NCBI GenBank assembly: GCA_951406725.2
Contig: OX597818.1
Span: 91,574,001 to 91,638,000 of the forward strand
Direction of reading: 5' to 3'
Origin: Octopus vulgaris
Lineage: Eukaryota
DNA: 64,000 nucleotides
Positions 51,155-64,000 of the stretch are shown in pieces; position 1 is the first letter of the stretch; each line of letters starts with the position of its first letter. The notes beneath the pieces were generated by a model that had not been told where the DNA came from, searched no databases, and saw only the letters and a list, made by a program, of their open reading frames with translations. The position numbers and the translations under genes were made by a program.

Positions 51155-51190
51155 CACATGTGTGTGCGTGTGTGTGTGTGTGTGCACATG

Positions 51191-51224
<34 letters not shown>

Positions 51225-51418
51225 CACATGTGCGTGCGTGTGTGTGTGTGTATGCATATACGTATGTATATATGAAGTTAGAATTTAATATACCCAGTTA
51301 TTAATGTACACACGCACGAACTCGCACGCAAAAGAAATTTTAGTTTGTGATTAACAATGTGTATATTTTTTTCTCGATAAATTATATACATACATCTATA
51401 TGTATATACATATGTATA

Positions 51419-51471
<53 letters not shown>

Positions 51472-52291
51472 GTATATATAGTACTATGTAAGTAGGATCC
51501 AAGGATCCAAGTGTTGGAAATTCGTAAGCTTCGACCATTTGTGCAGCCTGCACAGATGACTAAAGCTGGAAAATATACAATAAAACAAGTTACTTATCTT
51601 GTTCCTTATTGGAATTAAAAGGAACTTCGATAAGCTGAAGGTTACCATACAATATATGGGTAATAACTAAATTTGCTAAAAATGCGGAACAACTCCGGTA
51701 AAATAAAGAATGGAAATAATGATATATTAGTTGTAATCTATGGTAATCTATCGTATTAATTACGTAGACAAAAACAAATATTACTATGGCTTTGGAAGGT
51801 GGATTCTAAATGTGATCCATTGTGTCATATAGTTAATACCTGGAGGTATTTATAGTTTATAATCTAAAGCTATAAAGGTCTACATAATACGTTTAAATAT
51901 ATGCGCAACCATCGTTTCAATGAAAGCATGTACGGATCTATGTATGTAGGTATGTATGTATACATGCATATATATGTAGGTATGTATGTATACATGCATA
52001 TATATATATATACACAAATATATATATGAATATATATAATTGTAAGTAGTATACAAATATATATATGAATATATATAATTGTAAGTAGTATAGAGATTTT
52101 ATACTATGCATTTTGTAAGTTCTTATTATTTGTGAATCGTTGCTGTATTTCAAGATGGTTCACGTGAGTAATCCTGTTTTGAAAGGCGCAGTTGTTTCGA
52201 CGTTGTTCGCGTCATTAAGCCACTTATCAAATATACACTAATACACACATATATGTACACCCATATACACATACGCAAACACACACACATG

Positions 52292-52361
<70 letters not shown>

Positions 52362-55300
52362 TATCTATGTATATATGAAAATTATATGACGTAATATTAA
52401 AATATATGTTGTTCTGGCGTGCGTTTAAGGTTCCCCACTTTTACCTGCAATAAATAATTGTGAAAACGTATTCCAGTCCCTTTATTAATACGGTAGCTAC
52501 GACATGTTTATATATAAAGTAACGTCCCTCTTTCTTTATGCGTTCCTCTTCGATTTGCATGCGAAATATTAGTGATGTTAACAACTGTTATATATTCTCT
52601 AATTTACGATTTATCACCTGGAGTTTATATAGAGTCTGATGAAATTAACTGTCATTGAATCAAGGAAAATTCTTATGAACAGACATGTCGTAATTACATT
52701 GTGCTTTCTTTGTCTGACATGCGTAAAGTAAATTCTTTCTCTTTTCTCAATTTTTATGGATCGAAACACTCCCAAATTATTATAAAGTATCTATTGTTTT
52801 TGATGTAAATGAAACTAGAAACTTGCGCCTACTTGGTGGAAGTTTCAAATTTTCATTTCAGAGGCAGGTTTTTGGACACAACTTTATAGTGTTTCATTTT
52901 GATTCCAAGAAATGAAAATGCTCAAGTTGCCTTAAACATTGGTAGTATGAAAATAATAAATATTTGACCATACAGTAATGCCACCATATACCTCATATGA
53001 AAATATTGGTTAAGACATTTAATACAAGCTTCAACATAATTTTGTTTTAGCTTTTCATGGACAGGGTATTTAAAATCTTAAATCATGCATATATTGTCGA
53101 ATATATCTAAAACTCCTGTTTCATTGATTATGTTTTACGATTGATCTATATCTGTAAAAACGATATGGAGCATATTAGTGTTGCTTAAATGGTGTATAAT
53201 ATTGAGTGAAAAAATTCCCTAGTTTAACTTATATATAATATAATACTACTGACTGATAAATAGATTTCAAAAGAAAAAGTTGATTATGGATAGAAAATCT
53301 CAACTGATGTTGTAGTAAATGTCGAAGCAGTTCTCTTATTGTTGTTTTGTAGGGAACATACACAATTAGTTCAAATTTTATGGAAGCGCGGAAATTTTGT
53401 ACTAACGTGTCACGCACACCAAGAACAAGAATGTAAGTTTATCTATACCCATAAACGAATGTACAGAACGCACATAAATATGCAGACGTCAACGAATTGT
53501 GATAACCACAAAATACAGAAGATATCTTAAGACAAATAAAATAGGATCTCTACATTAAAATGAGTAAATACAATTTCAGGAAATCACTTCTAATCACTTT
53601 TGTGTAATATTTTAAACAAATTTATTACTTACGGAGCCGCTCATATCTCGGGAACGCTGGAACTGTAATAGAGAATAAAACAAACGAGATATTAGCAATA
53701 TGCTATCAAATACATCTTGTTACTCTTGAAATTCAGTAAAAAAGTGTCATCTATTTGAGCCTTTATAAACATTATTTTCATAATTCCACAAATTCATTTG
53801 TGAGAAATACTGCCAAACTTGACGTTTAAAAATGTTGATATCTAAGACTAAATCGGATAAATATAGTATTAGATAAATAATACTTAATCACATTTCAAAT
53901 ATGACAGGACTAATTTTTTTCTAGAATTCTAATCAAACAAAACAGTCCTGGAGTTGATAACCAATAAAATCATCCTCATCATAATTAGTTTCTATTTGTT
54001 TCCTACCATCGCCAGCGGTGACAATATGGAAACATCGTTAGCATGTCAAGCAAAAATCTTTGGTGACCCTTTTCTTTTTACAGCTTGTCAGGTTTAGAGA
54101 TAAAATCTAACCAAGATCAAATTTCTCTTTCATCAGTTCAAGGGGTGATAATCTAAAGTACCTTTAAGTACAGGGTTGATATAACTGATTAACCAACACC
54201 CTAAAATTATTGCCCTTGTTCTAAAATTTGAAATATATATTATCATTATCACGTCCAAAAAGGCAACGAGCGGGGAGAATCGTAAGCACTCCGGGCAAAA
54301 TGCTTAGTATCATTTCCTCTGTCTTATCCTTCATCATTTTGGGGTTGATAAGTACCTATTGAGTACCGGGTTCGATAGAATCGACTTACCCCATCCTTCG
54401 AAGTTGCTGGCCTAGTGCCAAAATTTGAAAACATATAACCATGTCCAAAAGTGATGAGTTGGCAGAATCTGTAGAGCATCAGAAGAAATTCTTTGTTCCA
54501 GGATTTTATTTTCTGTATACAAATCCTACGGAGGACCTGCTTTTACATCATTTCGTGTACATTGAAGTATTGCAGTCAATAGTATTGACTTGGCACCTCA
54601 CTAAAAATCTATGTGTTTGAATTAGAAATCATTATTAGTCATCTCCTTGACATGTATTGCGTTTTAAAACTTCCAGCAACAATAATTTAGACTCCGCCAC
54701 TGAGAAGTAATTTCCATCGTAATGGAAAAAGAAAAATAATTAGAACACGAAATATAACTTTTGTCAGAATATCTTATTAAATAGTGATAATTCTGGAAAT
54801 ATTTATTTATTCATTTAGACAGTTATTTGTGCAACATCGGTGTCATTAATCCAAGGAACACTATTTTTATTATTTATATTTCAATTGTTATCTTACATAA
54901 AGTTAGCTAACGAAAATAATGGATAATTGCCTACAATATTCTTCATGTTTATATTGTATGTTATGTTATGATATTTTTGGCAGACTTACATTATGTCTAT
55001 GCACATGTGAATACGATATTGTATATTAAGAATTTCTATGTATCTGTAACTAATATTCCTACGTTAGGAGTTTTCATTTTCTTTTTTTTATTTCTTATCA
55101 CTTACTCGAAAACAATTTGACAACTTCTGTCATCGATAAACATCTTGCAATACATTGATACATTTCTGAAGAGAAGGGAATTTTATATGATATTGCAAGA
55201 GTGGATGTAAGAATGGAAGACTTGGAGATTATAGATGATTAAATGTAAAAACCATTTCTCAGGTATTTTTAAATCAGAAATACAGCTCTGTAATTGAGAT

Positions 55301-55807
55301 ATGCTGCAGCTTATCTTATGTAATCACAATAATAAAGGCTTAACTCTTTCTCTCTTTCTCGATCTCTTCCTCTATTCCTCCACCTTTCTCCCCTCGACAC
55401 TAGTCATCTCAAGCGCTAGGTGAAAATTTCTTCTGTGTAATAACGTACATATTCTATTTCATTTTATTCTATTCTGTTTCATTCCATTTCCTTGGAAAAT
55501 TTGAGAACATTCTACATATAAACTAAGGAATAGTTTCTTTCATTGCTTCTCAATAACATTGACTATATATATGTGTGTGTTTCTGTGTGTATGTGTGTGT
55601 TTCTGTGTGTGTGTGTATGTGTGTGTGTGTGTGTGTGTGTGTAGATACACACATTTGGTGCCGGATCTTCGACATTCGACAAAAGCGATTCAGTTTCTCT
55701 TTCAAATAAATAAGATTATTGAATTACGTTAAACATAGCTGAACATTCCATGCATACGTTCACCCTTAACGTAATGCTAAGCACCAGCTGCGGGACAGAA
55801 TGCTTAT

Positions 55808-55863
<56 letters not shown>

Positions 55864-56622
55864 ATTACTGTATTAGATGCATCACAGAAACAATCCAACT
55901 GACTGGTTTCTATACAGATCTTGTTTACCCATTTTCAGATATGCGGAGAATTGATGCCGCAGCACATAACAGTAGCTCTAGAGCCCTCGGGTGTGATCCA
56001 ATATTTGTATGCATGTATCTATGAAATAACTATTAATCTTTTGGTTTTTACTCTTTATTTCATAATGTTTGGGTAAGGTGGCGGGCTGGTATAATTGTTA
56101 GCGCGCCGGGCAAAATGCTTAGTGTAATTTCGTCTGTCTTTACGATTCGATTTCAAATTTCACCGAGGTCGACTTGTCCTGTCATTCTTTATATAAATTC
56201 TCTACTGGGAATGACCAAGTTTTAAAATCTGCTGGATCTCACTCATAAGGGAATCTTACATTGCTTATAAACTCTATATTTGGATGGACACATTTTAAAC
56301 TCTGTTGGACCTTTGGACTTTATTCATAGGATATTGGAATATTGCATATATACCATTATGCCTAAAAATGTATTTACAACTTCAATACCCATACATATCT
56401 TGCATCTATTTTCTTCCCACCACCTAACATTCCATTTTGTATCACATCTAAACTAACTATGACTTAACCATCCTCTCACACCGTCTCCGATGAAGGGATA
56501 TAATTAATAAATATCCTAGAAACAGCTGTAAGTCCTATCTATAAATGCTCTAATATCTACACAGCCTTGGTTTTCTTTATCTTATTACGCAAAAAATTCT
56601 TATATATATATATGTATATTTA

Positions 56623-56696
<74 letters not shown>

Positions 56697-59600
56697 TAAA
56701 CAGATGATAGTCGATTCTGTACGTAAAAAAGCATATTTAAGCAACACATTAGTGCATACAATTATATTTGATGGATCATCATTCACCAGAATGTTAAAAA
56801 ATATATTTATGTGCGAAGTTCAATTCACGGCTGAGCTGTATAAGGATTATGCTCTTTCGGGACTTTATCATTTGTATGTATTCTATATAACATTATCAGC
56901 ATAGAACATGATAAACTTCAGTATTGACAAAACACACCCATACAATGTGTTGTTTAGAAAAACATAAACTCTCTTATAATGGTTAAATTTTAGAAAAGTA
57001 ATGCGTTACCATCATTCTACAGTTGCCATCCTGATACATCCTCATGTAGTCGTCCATGATATCATAGAAACAGTCTGAAATGTAGTCAACTCTGGCCATA
57101 TCTATGTTGTTTCTGCCATGGAAACCTAGATGACAGGAGAGATGGAGAGGGAGAAAGAGAGATAAAGAGGTAAAAAACACAAGCAAAATTTAATATAAAA
57201 TAATAAAATATCATGTAGGATTGTCACGTTGCGTACAACAAAACATCTATCAACACTTTCCTTTCTGTTTCATCGTTATATATGTATAATAATTGTATAT
57301 GATTAATATATATGTCTGTGTGTCTGTGTGTCTGTGTGTGTGTATGTGATTAGTATATTACAGTTATATAGAAATGCATATTTGGAATAATCGCAGATTA
57401 TTAGAACTTTACTATTTTCTTCATCGTTTCTAAATTATAGAATTAATTTGTTCAAGTATGGCCTAACCGTTAATGTCTTGGTTTACTTTTTGAAACATAA
57501 TCTACCTTGAACTACATTGCATGATGTGTTTATTATCTAAAGTTGAAGGATGTGATATCAAATTAATTTAGATGATATTTCTAGCATCTCAAAGAACAAT
57601 ATGTAATCTCCTTCGTTCACTCAATTGCCAAGTGCCACTTTGCTGATTACGCAAAATGTATGTTTTAATACTGAAGTGGTTATATATATATATATATATA
57701 TATATAAACACAGACGTATACAAAAAATGCCTTACCAAATTCTCTTGCCAAATATCTGGCCATAGCCATACTCTGGGGAATCTGGGTCCTGTTGTCCAAT
57801 TCCAACATGGGCATCATGTTGCATGGCATCTCTGGAATAAAGATACATTTCGTTAAAAAGAGATTCAATCATGAACAAAATTTTAATTACTTTATTACTT
57901 GTCGAAAAGAAAGTGATATTAATGGTAAGAATAATGGTTTCTGATTTAGGCACATGCCTATTAATTTTGAAAGGAAGGGTTAATCAATGCATTTGAACCT
58001 GTACTTGATTGATACGTCATTTTATCAACTCCGGGGAAATAAATAGCAAGTGTACCTTTGGCGTGATTTGAACCGAGAACGTAAAGAGTCTCAACAAATA
58101 CGAGAAAGTAGTTTGTCCCTGGCTCTAAGGGATAATTATTTCTTTAATCTCTAGGTCTCATTTAGCTTTTACAGTGAAATAGTCAAGAAACCAAAGGCCA
58201 ACATTCGATGACCAAGAATCTTAGATTCTACGTCCTCGAATTAATGTGTTGAAAATATTTAGGGAATGCATGAAACATGATCAAATTTTTTTTAATGAGT
58301 GGAAGATAAAAGATGATACGTGTTGAAATGGGTGGAAGAATGAAGATGCAATAATTTGATGCATGTTATTACACAAAATAATGAGATAAGACCAATATTT
58401 TAATTGAAAACATTCATAATTCATACAATTTCATGAAACAGGAAATAGTGTCCGATAAGGAACCGTCATCAATGATGTATATGAGCATCTCTCAACTCTT
58501 TCCCTCATTTTTGCCAATTAGGTTTTTAAATTCTGAAAGACTTCTGCAAGCATTTTCTGTGTTGAACCAGTGAATAAAAAAAAAGGTGTCCCGAGAAATA
58601 TTGTTTTATGGCATGATAGTTCGTTTGCGTAGCTCTAAGATATCTAAAAATCCAGTCATATATCACATCGTTGTCACTATTACATGATCTCAAATTTAAT
58701 TTCAGCGTGGTCATCCTGTATCATTTTACGCAAGTTGTGTATCAGTACATATAGTATCCAGTGTTCATTACTCTATAAGATGGCTATGTATGATTTGAGG
58801 GAGGTTTAAGTACTGTTTCTAGCAGGTCAAGCAACAATGCAGCTGTTCTCTTGTTGGTTCCAATAATTTGCATATAATTTATAATATAGCGCTTGTACAG
58901 TATAGATGTTATAATATACGTCTCTAAGGCATTGCAAATAGTTTGGTTCATATTTACTGTATGTCATATAATGATCTAGTCACCCTTAATGCTACCGGCA
59001 ACATGTTACATGATTGGCTGTTGGGGTCAGAGTTTAAAATAATATCTCCACCAGGAGGAGGACTTAAATCTGTCTCATAGTATCGTGTGCGATGACATTG
59101 CAATGGAGCAGATGATTACCCAGCGTGCATTAAGTATTCTTTGGAGGTGCCGTATTCTTAGATATTGTCATTTCTGTCGAGGGGAGGTGCCACGGTCGCC
59201 TCCTAACCATTTTGGATGTAGCCATGGGCATAGTTCTGCTATCCTTTGGGTGAGTAATGAAACAGATGCTATGACGAAAATAACCTAAAAGAGAAACAAG
59301 CTGTAATCATAAGTTTTAAGGTGATTTCAGATTGACTGCATTTCCAGCATCCTATTTTAGTTAGCAGGAGATAATAGTGAAAGTCAAACTTCTCACGGAA
59401 TGTAATTTTTTTCATAGTAAAGAGACTGTTTCTTAAAATTAAAAATAAAAATATATGCGCTACCAAAGCCGCTATAAGTATCACAAATTTTGGACCTTGG
59501 GGATAGTCCTTGACGTTAAGTGGTTGGGCTATCTCACAAATTTCCAATAATAGAATATCAACATTTTTTTAGCTTCCTTGCTCCTGAGTGTATTCGGCAG

Positions 59601-60301
59601 ATGCAACGTAAGCTCTACTAGTTGTGATTGGCCATCATTCTTCTTTTGCTGCTGTACTATTTAAGATGTACAATAAACAATGAAACTTCACTTAAGCAAC
59701 AAGATGATGTTTACTGAATTCAATCATGAATCAAAGCCATAATACAACTTGAATATAAAACATCATGTTGTTATTTCGCACCACAAACTTACTCAACGAA
59801 TACGCATATAATCAAATATATTTCATAAGGAAATATATTCCGTTACCACATAGACACCGGTGAGGCCGTGTGATGAGAGTGGCACAACCACATGAATCCT
59901 GGTTCAGTACTACTGCATGGCAACTCGGGCGTGTATCTTCTTCAGGTATGGAAACTGAAAGTCACACTTCATACATATAAACACATGAATGTATATATCT
60001 ACATGTGTTGCTTGTGTTAGTGTTTCTCCGTCACCTTCGCTTGATAACCGGTAACCTAGCGGTTCGTCTCAATACACCGATAGAATAAATAAGTACGAAG
60101 TTTTAAACAATAAGTACTGGGTTCGATTGTTTTCTACTAAAATCCTCTCAGGGTGGTGTCCAAACATAACCGCTCTGACTGAAACAATTAAAAATAATGT
60201 AAAATTATTTTTTAAAATTCAGAAAATGACGAAGGATGATTAATTTCACTCTAAAACCATATAATAAAACAATTATGCATGTATACATACATACATACAC
60301 A

Positions 60302-60374
<73 letters not shown>

Positions 60375-60406
60375 ACATGTATATATATACATCTGCATGT
60401 CTATCG

Positions 60407-60440
<34 letters not shown>

Positions 60441-61271
60441 ATGTGTGTACATGTATATATATATATACATCTGCATGTCTATCGATATATATATATATAT
60501 ATATGGATCACAAATGGAGGTGTGTAGTTACTGTCCTTTCTTTTGTTGATAGTTAAAAATTTCTTCGGTTGACGCACACTGAATATTCCCTTCCATTCTA
60601 TCATAATCTTTCAGTTTGCTTCAATTTGCTGGGCCTAAACTCGATCCTTCCTTCATTATTTCTCTCCCAGAATAGTAGCACTCCACAATCATCTTTTTAT
60701 TTATGTGATTAATAAAGAAGTCATCCTACAGATGTTCAAAACAAAAACCACACCAGACAGAGAGGGAATTCAAATATCTTTGGCATAATCAGCCTTCCTT
60801 TGAACAGAAGATATTTCCTCCATTAGCAATACAATGCTGCTTTCCGGCTATTTTTATCACGTAGTCTCGTTACAGGCGAATCAGTGACCTTGACCAAGAA
60901 TTGCTTGTTTATTATGTAAAAGTAAATTCTTTTACGTAACCAAAGTCTACGTATTTAAATACAGCTATTATACGCCAGATTATAACGTCTGCTCATAACT
61001 ATTAGTGAGTAAATGGTACCAATCAGCCGACTAAGGTCTTGAGATCAATAAATATGAATCATAGTATAATCCTAGCCTCAACATAAGTAAACATAAAAAT
61101 ATTGTTTCAAGTGATGGATAAAAGGATATTTTACATACTGTTTCTCATGCTGTCCCATTCTGAAGACTCGATTCTGCGGTCATTGTACTGGACACCAGCA
61201 GCTGCGAACAGCATACGGCAGATCTCAGCACGGCCACGGTGGTTGAAGTAGTGGAGTGTGTAGGAAGGCAT
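49590..61271 (-). CDS. S-crystallin gene B (sigma-GST-derived lens crystallin), 6 exons, 215 aa; complement(join(49590..49754,50692..50799,53633..53662,57010..57125,57736..57831,61139..61271))
   Basis: Spliced translation [215 protein letters not shown]; GT-AG introns, intact 648-nt frame; closely resembles octopus OctS-type crystallins. Confidence 0.97.
50692..50799 (-). CDS. S-crystallin B exon 5
   Basis: TTCTCAG|TCC...CAG|GTAAGT; [36 protein letters not shown]. Confidence 0.96.
53633..53662 (-). CDS. S-crystallin B exon 4 (30-nt loop microexon)
   Basis: TATTACAG|TTC...TCC|GTAAGT; [10 protein letters not shown]. Confidence 0.93.
56483..56534 (+). ncRNA. Minimal type I hammerhead-ribozyme-like motif (Penelope-associated)
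   Basis: GTCT-CCGATGA-AG GGATAT-loop-ATATCC TA-GAAA-CAGCTG-TA-AGTC; palindromic stem III ACAGCTGT; core has U4C. Confidence 0.6.
57010..57125 (-). CDS. S-crystallin B exon 3
   Basis: TCTAG|GT TTC...ATG ATG|GTAACG; (G)[38 protein letters not shown]. Confidence 0.96.
57736..57831 (-). CDS. S-crystallin B exon 2
   Basis: TTATTCCAG|AG ATG...TTT G|GTAAGG; (K)[31 protein letters not shown]. Confidence 0.96.
61139..61271 (-). CDS. S-crystallin B exon 1 (coding part)
   Basis: ATG at 61271; [44 protein letters not shown]; donor A|GTATGT; absent from the ORF track. Confidence 0.96.
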
Positions 61272-61399
61272 GATTTACTGGTGAGGATTGAAGTTGGTGG
61301 TATTAACTCGAAGATTTGTAGCTTAAGAAGCTATTCAGTTCAGAAGTGAGCACGTTGTCGTACTGATAAGCGAACTGAAATGTTCAGCAGATTTGGTTA

Positions 61400-61406
61400 C
61401 TTATAT
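61400..61406 (-). promoter_or_regulatory. Candidate TATA box of gene B
   Basis: ATATAAG on the minus strand ~130 nt upstream of the ATG, comparable to gene A. Confidence 0.45.
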
Positions 61407-61505
61407 GTGCGACCAAAATTTTTCAAGAAACAAAAAAGAAATAAGTCTGACTGGGAATAATTATTTGAAATCTCATTAAATAGCTCGAAGGATTACTTCA
61501 TTCGT

Positions 61506-61512
61506 TGATTCA
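61506..61512. promoter_or_regulatory. AP-1-like element of gene B
   Basis: TGATTCA ~100 bp upstream of the TATA, same heptamer and orientation as in gene A. Confidence 0.4.
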
Positions 61513-62280
61513 TGCGTTATTAGCGAGAGGAAAGGAATGACCGAGACCGAAAAATGCATTTGAATGAATTATAGTAATCAAATGTAGACTCCTATGTGGT
61601 CTTCTGTGTTTTAATTTTAATTACCAACAGCCTCGAGACATTTCGTGATTAGGTGCTTTGTATTGTTCACTGTAGAGAGAAACCTGCAAGAAAGAATGCA
61701 TGATTTTAATTTTTGACTGTTTTTTGTTCCTTTCTGGAAATTTTTTATTTGTATTTCTTTGTCAACCAGTGTACTTGAATTGCCGTTTATACAATGACTT
61801 TTGAAGAGTTCTGTAATGACATTAAATGTGAGGTGTGCAAGTAAATACAGAAGAACAGCAATAAAATGTCTTTCCAGACTTTGTACGTATATATGCATGT
61901 ATGTATGTATGTATGTATGTATGTATGTATGTATGTATGTATGTATGTATGTATGTATGCATGTATGCATGTACGTATGTATGCATGTATGCATGTATGT
62001 ACACATACACATGGACGCATACCTACATGCATACATATAATCTATAAAGTAGTTCATAAAATACACAGTCTGTGATTTGGGAATATGCAAGCTCTGTGAT
62101 TCAGCAATACAAACATTAAAACAATTTTTCACTAATAATGCAGAAAACTGTCGTCTAATAATATGAATAACCGAGAAGCACTGAAATCAAGGTTTGTGAT
62201 ATCTGTTGGAAAACAAAGGATTCTACATGCACGCGATCAAATAACTATCGTCATTACACACACATACACACACACATGCA

Positions 62281-62312
<32 letters not shown>

Positions 62313-62352
62313 CACACACGTGTGTGTATATATATGTATGTTTATGTATATA

Positions 62353-62389
<37 letters not shown>

Positions 62390-62577
62390 TTATTTATATA
62401 AATGGAGGTTATGAGAGTTAATGGTGTCAGTGAGACCCAAATGTGCCAGATAATGCTGAATAAGTGCTATGGATAGACCATAGTTAAGTTCCAGATTTGG
62501 TAATTATGCGAATAAGGGGTCCATCATAGGTGTGTATATAAAAATTAAAAACCATTGCTTAACCATGTTCTTACACC

Positions 62578-62625
62578 GTCACCGATGAAGGGATATAATA
62601 AATATCCTAGAAACAGCTGTAAGAC
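62578..62625 (+). ncRNA. Minimal type I hammerhead-ribozyme-like motif, second copy
   Basis: GTCA-CCGATGA-AG GGATAT-AATAA-ATATCC TA-GAAA-CAGCTG-TA-AGAC, inside a ~140-bp segment shared with 56463-56605. Confidence 0.6.
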
Positions 62626-62689
62626 CTTCGGTTTATAAATGTTCTCAAAATCTACACAGCCTTGGTTTTTTGTCGCATTACGAAAATAA

Positions 62690-62727
<38 letters not shown>

Positions 62728-64000
62728 GATTGCGATTATGAAAACAATGCGTTGTTGACATTAATTTATCTATGCTACAGTAGACTAGGGGAACTCTCTC
62801 TTATAGTAAGCTCCTCAATATTATGATCATACCTAGCAGAATATTCTTGTTATCTAGCCTCCAGCCAGTTCTGAACACACAGACATATGAAGAAAGGTTA
62901 TCCAGTTACAGCCTTGAAGATCTCATATTAATTTTAAGAATAGTTCTTCCGGATCTCCATCATCAAGATGTACAATTTGTAAAGAGTGTAGAATATGATT
63001 GGAGGTATATGTGGTTGCTATCTTTAATGAGTGTAAAAGACAAATTGTAACGCCGAAAAGCTTTTTGGTAGTGAATGTTATCTGTTTCAATCCGTTCTTA
63101 AGGAGCAATTTGGTATACCTAGGGTTGGTCAGGTGTTCAATAGCACTCACTAGTAGTTATGGAACTTTGGCTAACATGTATGTATGTATGTATGTATGTA
63201 TGTATATATGTATGTATTTATTTATGTATGTATGTATGGATGCGTGTATGTAGGTAGTTAGGCAGGCAACAGGCAGACAGGTAGGTAAGCATTTATGTAT
63301 GCATATATTATGTAAGTATGAATTAATTGTGTGTATGTATGTATGTATGCTTGCTTATATTATGTATGTATGTGTGTATATATGCCTGCATGTATGTATG
63401 TGTAATTATGTCTGTGTATCTCCGCCTCCACCGCTTGACCACCATTGCTGGTTACTTTACGTTTCACGGAGAAAACCGATGGAAAATTTACTAGACTATA
63501 AAATATAAAAACTGGGATTGATTTGTACGACTAAACTCTCTTTAAGGCCGTTCTCCAGAATTTTCTCACTACAATGAATAAAACGTAAAAGATAAAAGAT
63601 AAAGATTCCTGGGTGGGCGATGGTGGTAGATTTAACCAATCATTAAATCATTCAATAAATTTTATTCCAGTATTTCTCCCGACCTTTTCAAGTGCAACCA
63701 CAATCCGTTCTAATCACCCTGAGCTGAATGTTTCTTTCATATTACCGCGATCAATACAATAATATACAAATTATATACTGAGATTAAAGTAAACGTTTAA
63801 CAACCTCTTGACTTGAGCCTTAATTAGAAATAATAATTATTGAATTGTTGAATGTCAGAATCGGTACAATGTTGATATATGCGTGGTATGTGGTTACATT
63901 ACATATTCGCCCTGAGTTAAAATTAGTTTTATATTTCTGAGGTTAATCAAAAAATGTACCAGTCGATATTTGATAAGTATTGGTATCAATATATATTTCT

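Noticed and set aside
60371-60500. Duplicated GTGTACATG...CATCTGCATGTCTATCGAT unit (similar ~40-bp duplication at ~52010-52092)
   Set aside because: Embedded in TA/TG microsatellites and explained by slippage or unequal exchange.

Overview
AT-rich, microsatellite- and transposon-dense eukaryotic DNA, almost certainly from an octopus (coleoid cephalopod) genome. It holds two complete, tandem, minus-strand six-exon genes encoding 215-aa S-crystallins (lens proteins derived from sigma-class glutathione S-transferase). Gene A CDS is complement(join(8268..8432,9078..9185,10334..10363,12644..12759,13526..13621,17447..17579)); gene B CDS is complement(join(49590..49754,50692..50799,53633..53662,57010..57125,57736..57831,61139..61271)). 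All introns are GT-AG, exon sizes are identical (133/96/116/30/108/165 nt) and the proteins are about 80% identical by hand alignment. The rest is repeats: tRNA-derived SINEs, degraded RTE and R4/Dong-type LINEs, Penelope-like remnants with minimal hammerhead-ribozyme motifs, non-autonomous Helitrons, Tc1/mariner (including a DD37D maT) and hAT remnants, a ~400-bp foldback element and many microsatellites. Almost all ORFs in the supplied track are spurious translations of repeats. I found no wholly new biological system; the most notable signals are the hammerhead motifs, the paralog differences at the glutathione site, the phase-symmetric 30-nt loop exon and the Helitron structures. All family assignments come from recognising motifs, not from database searches.
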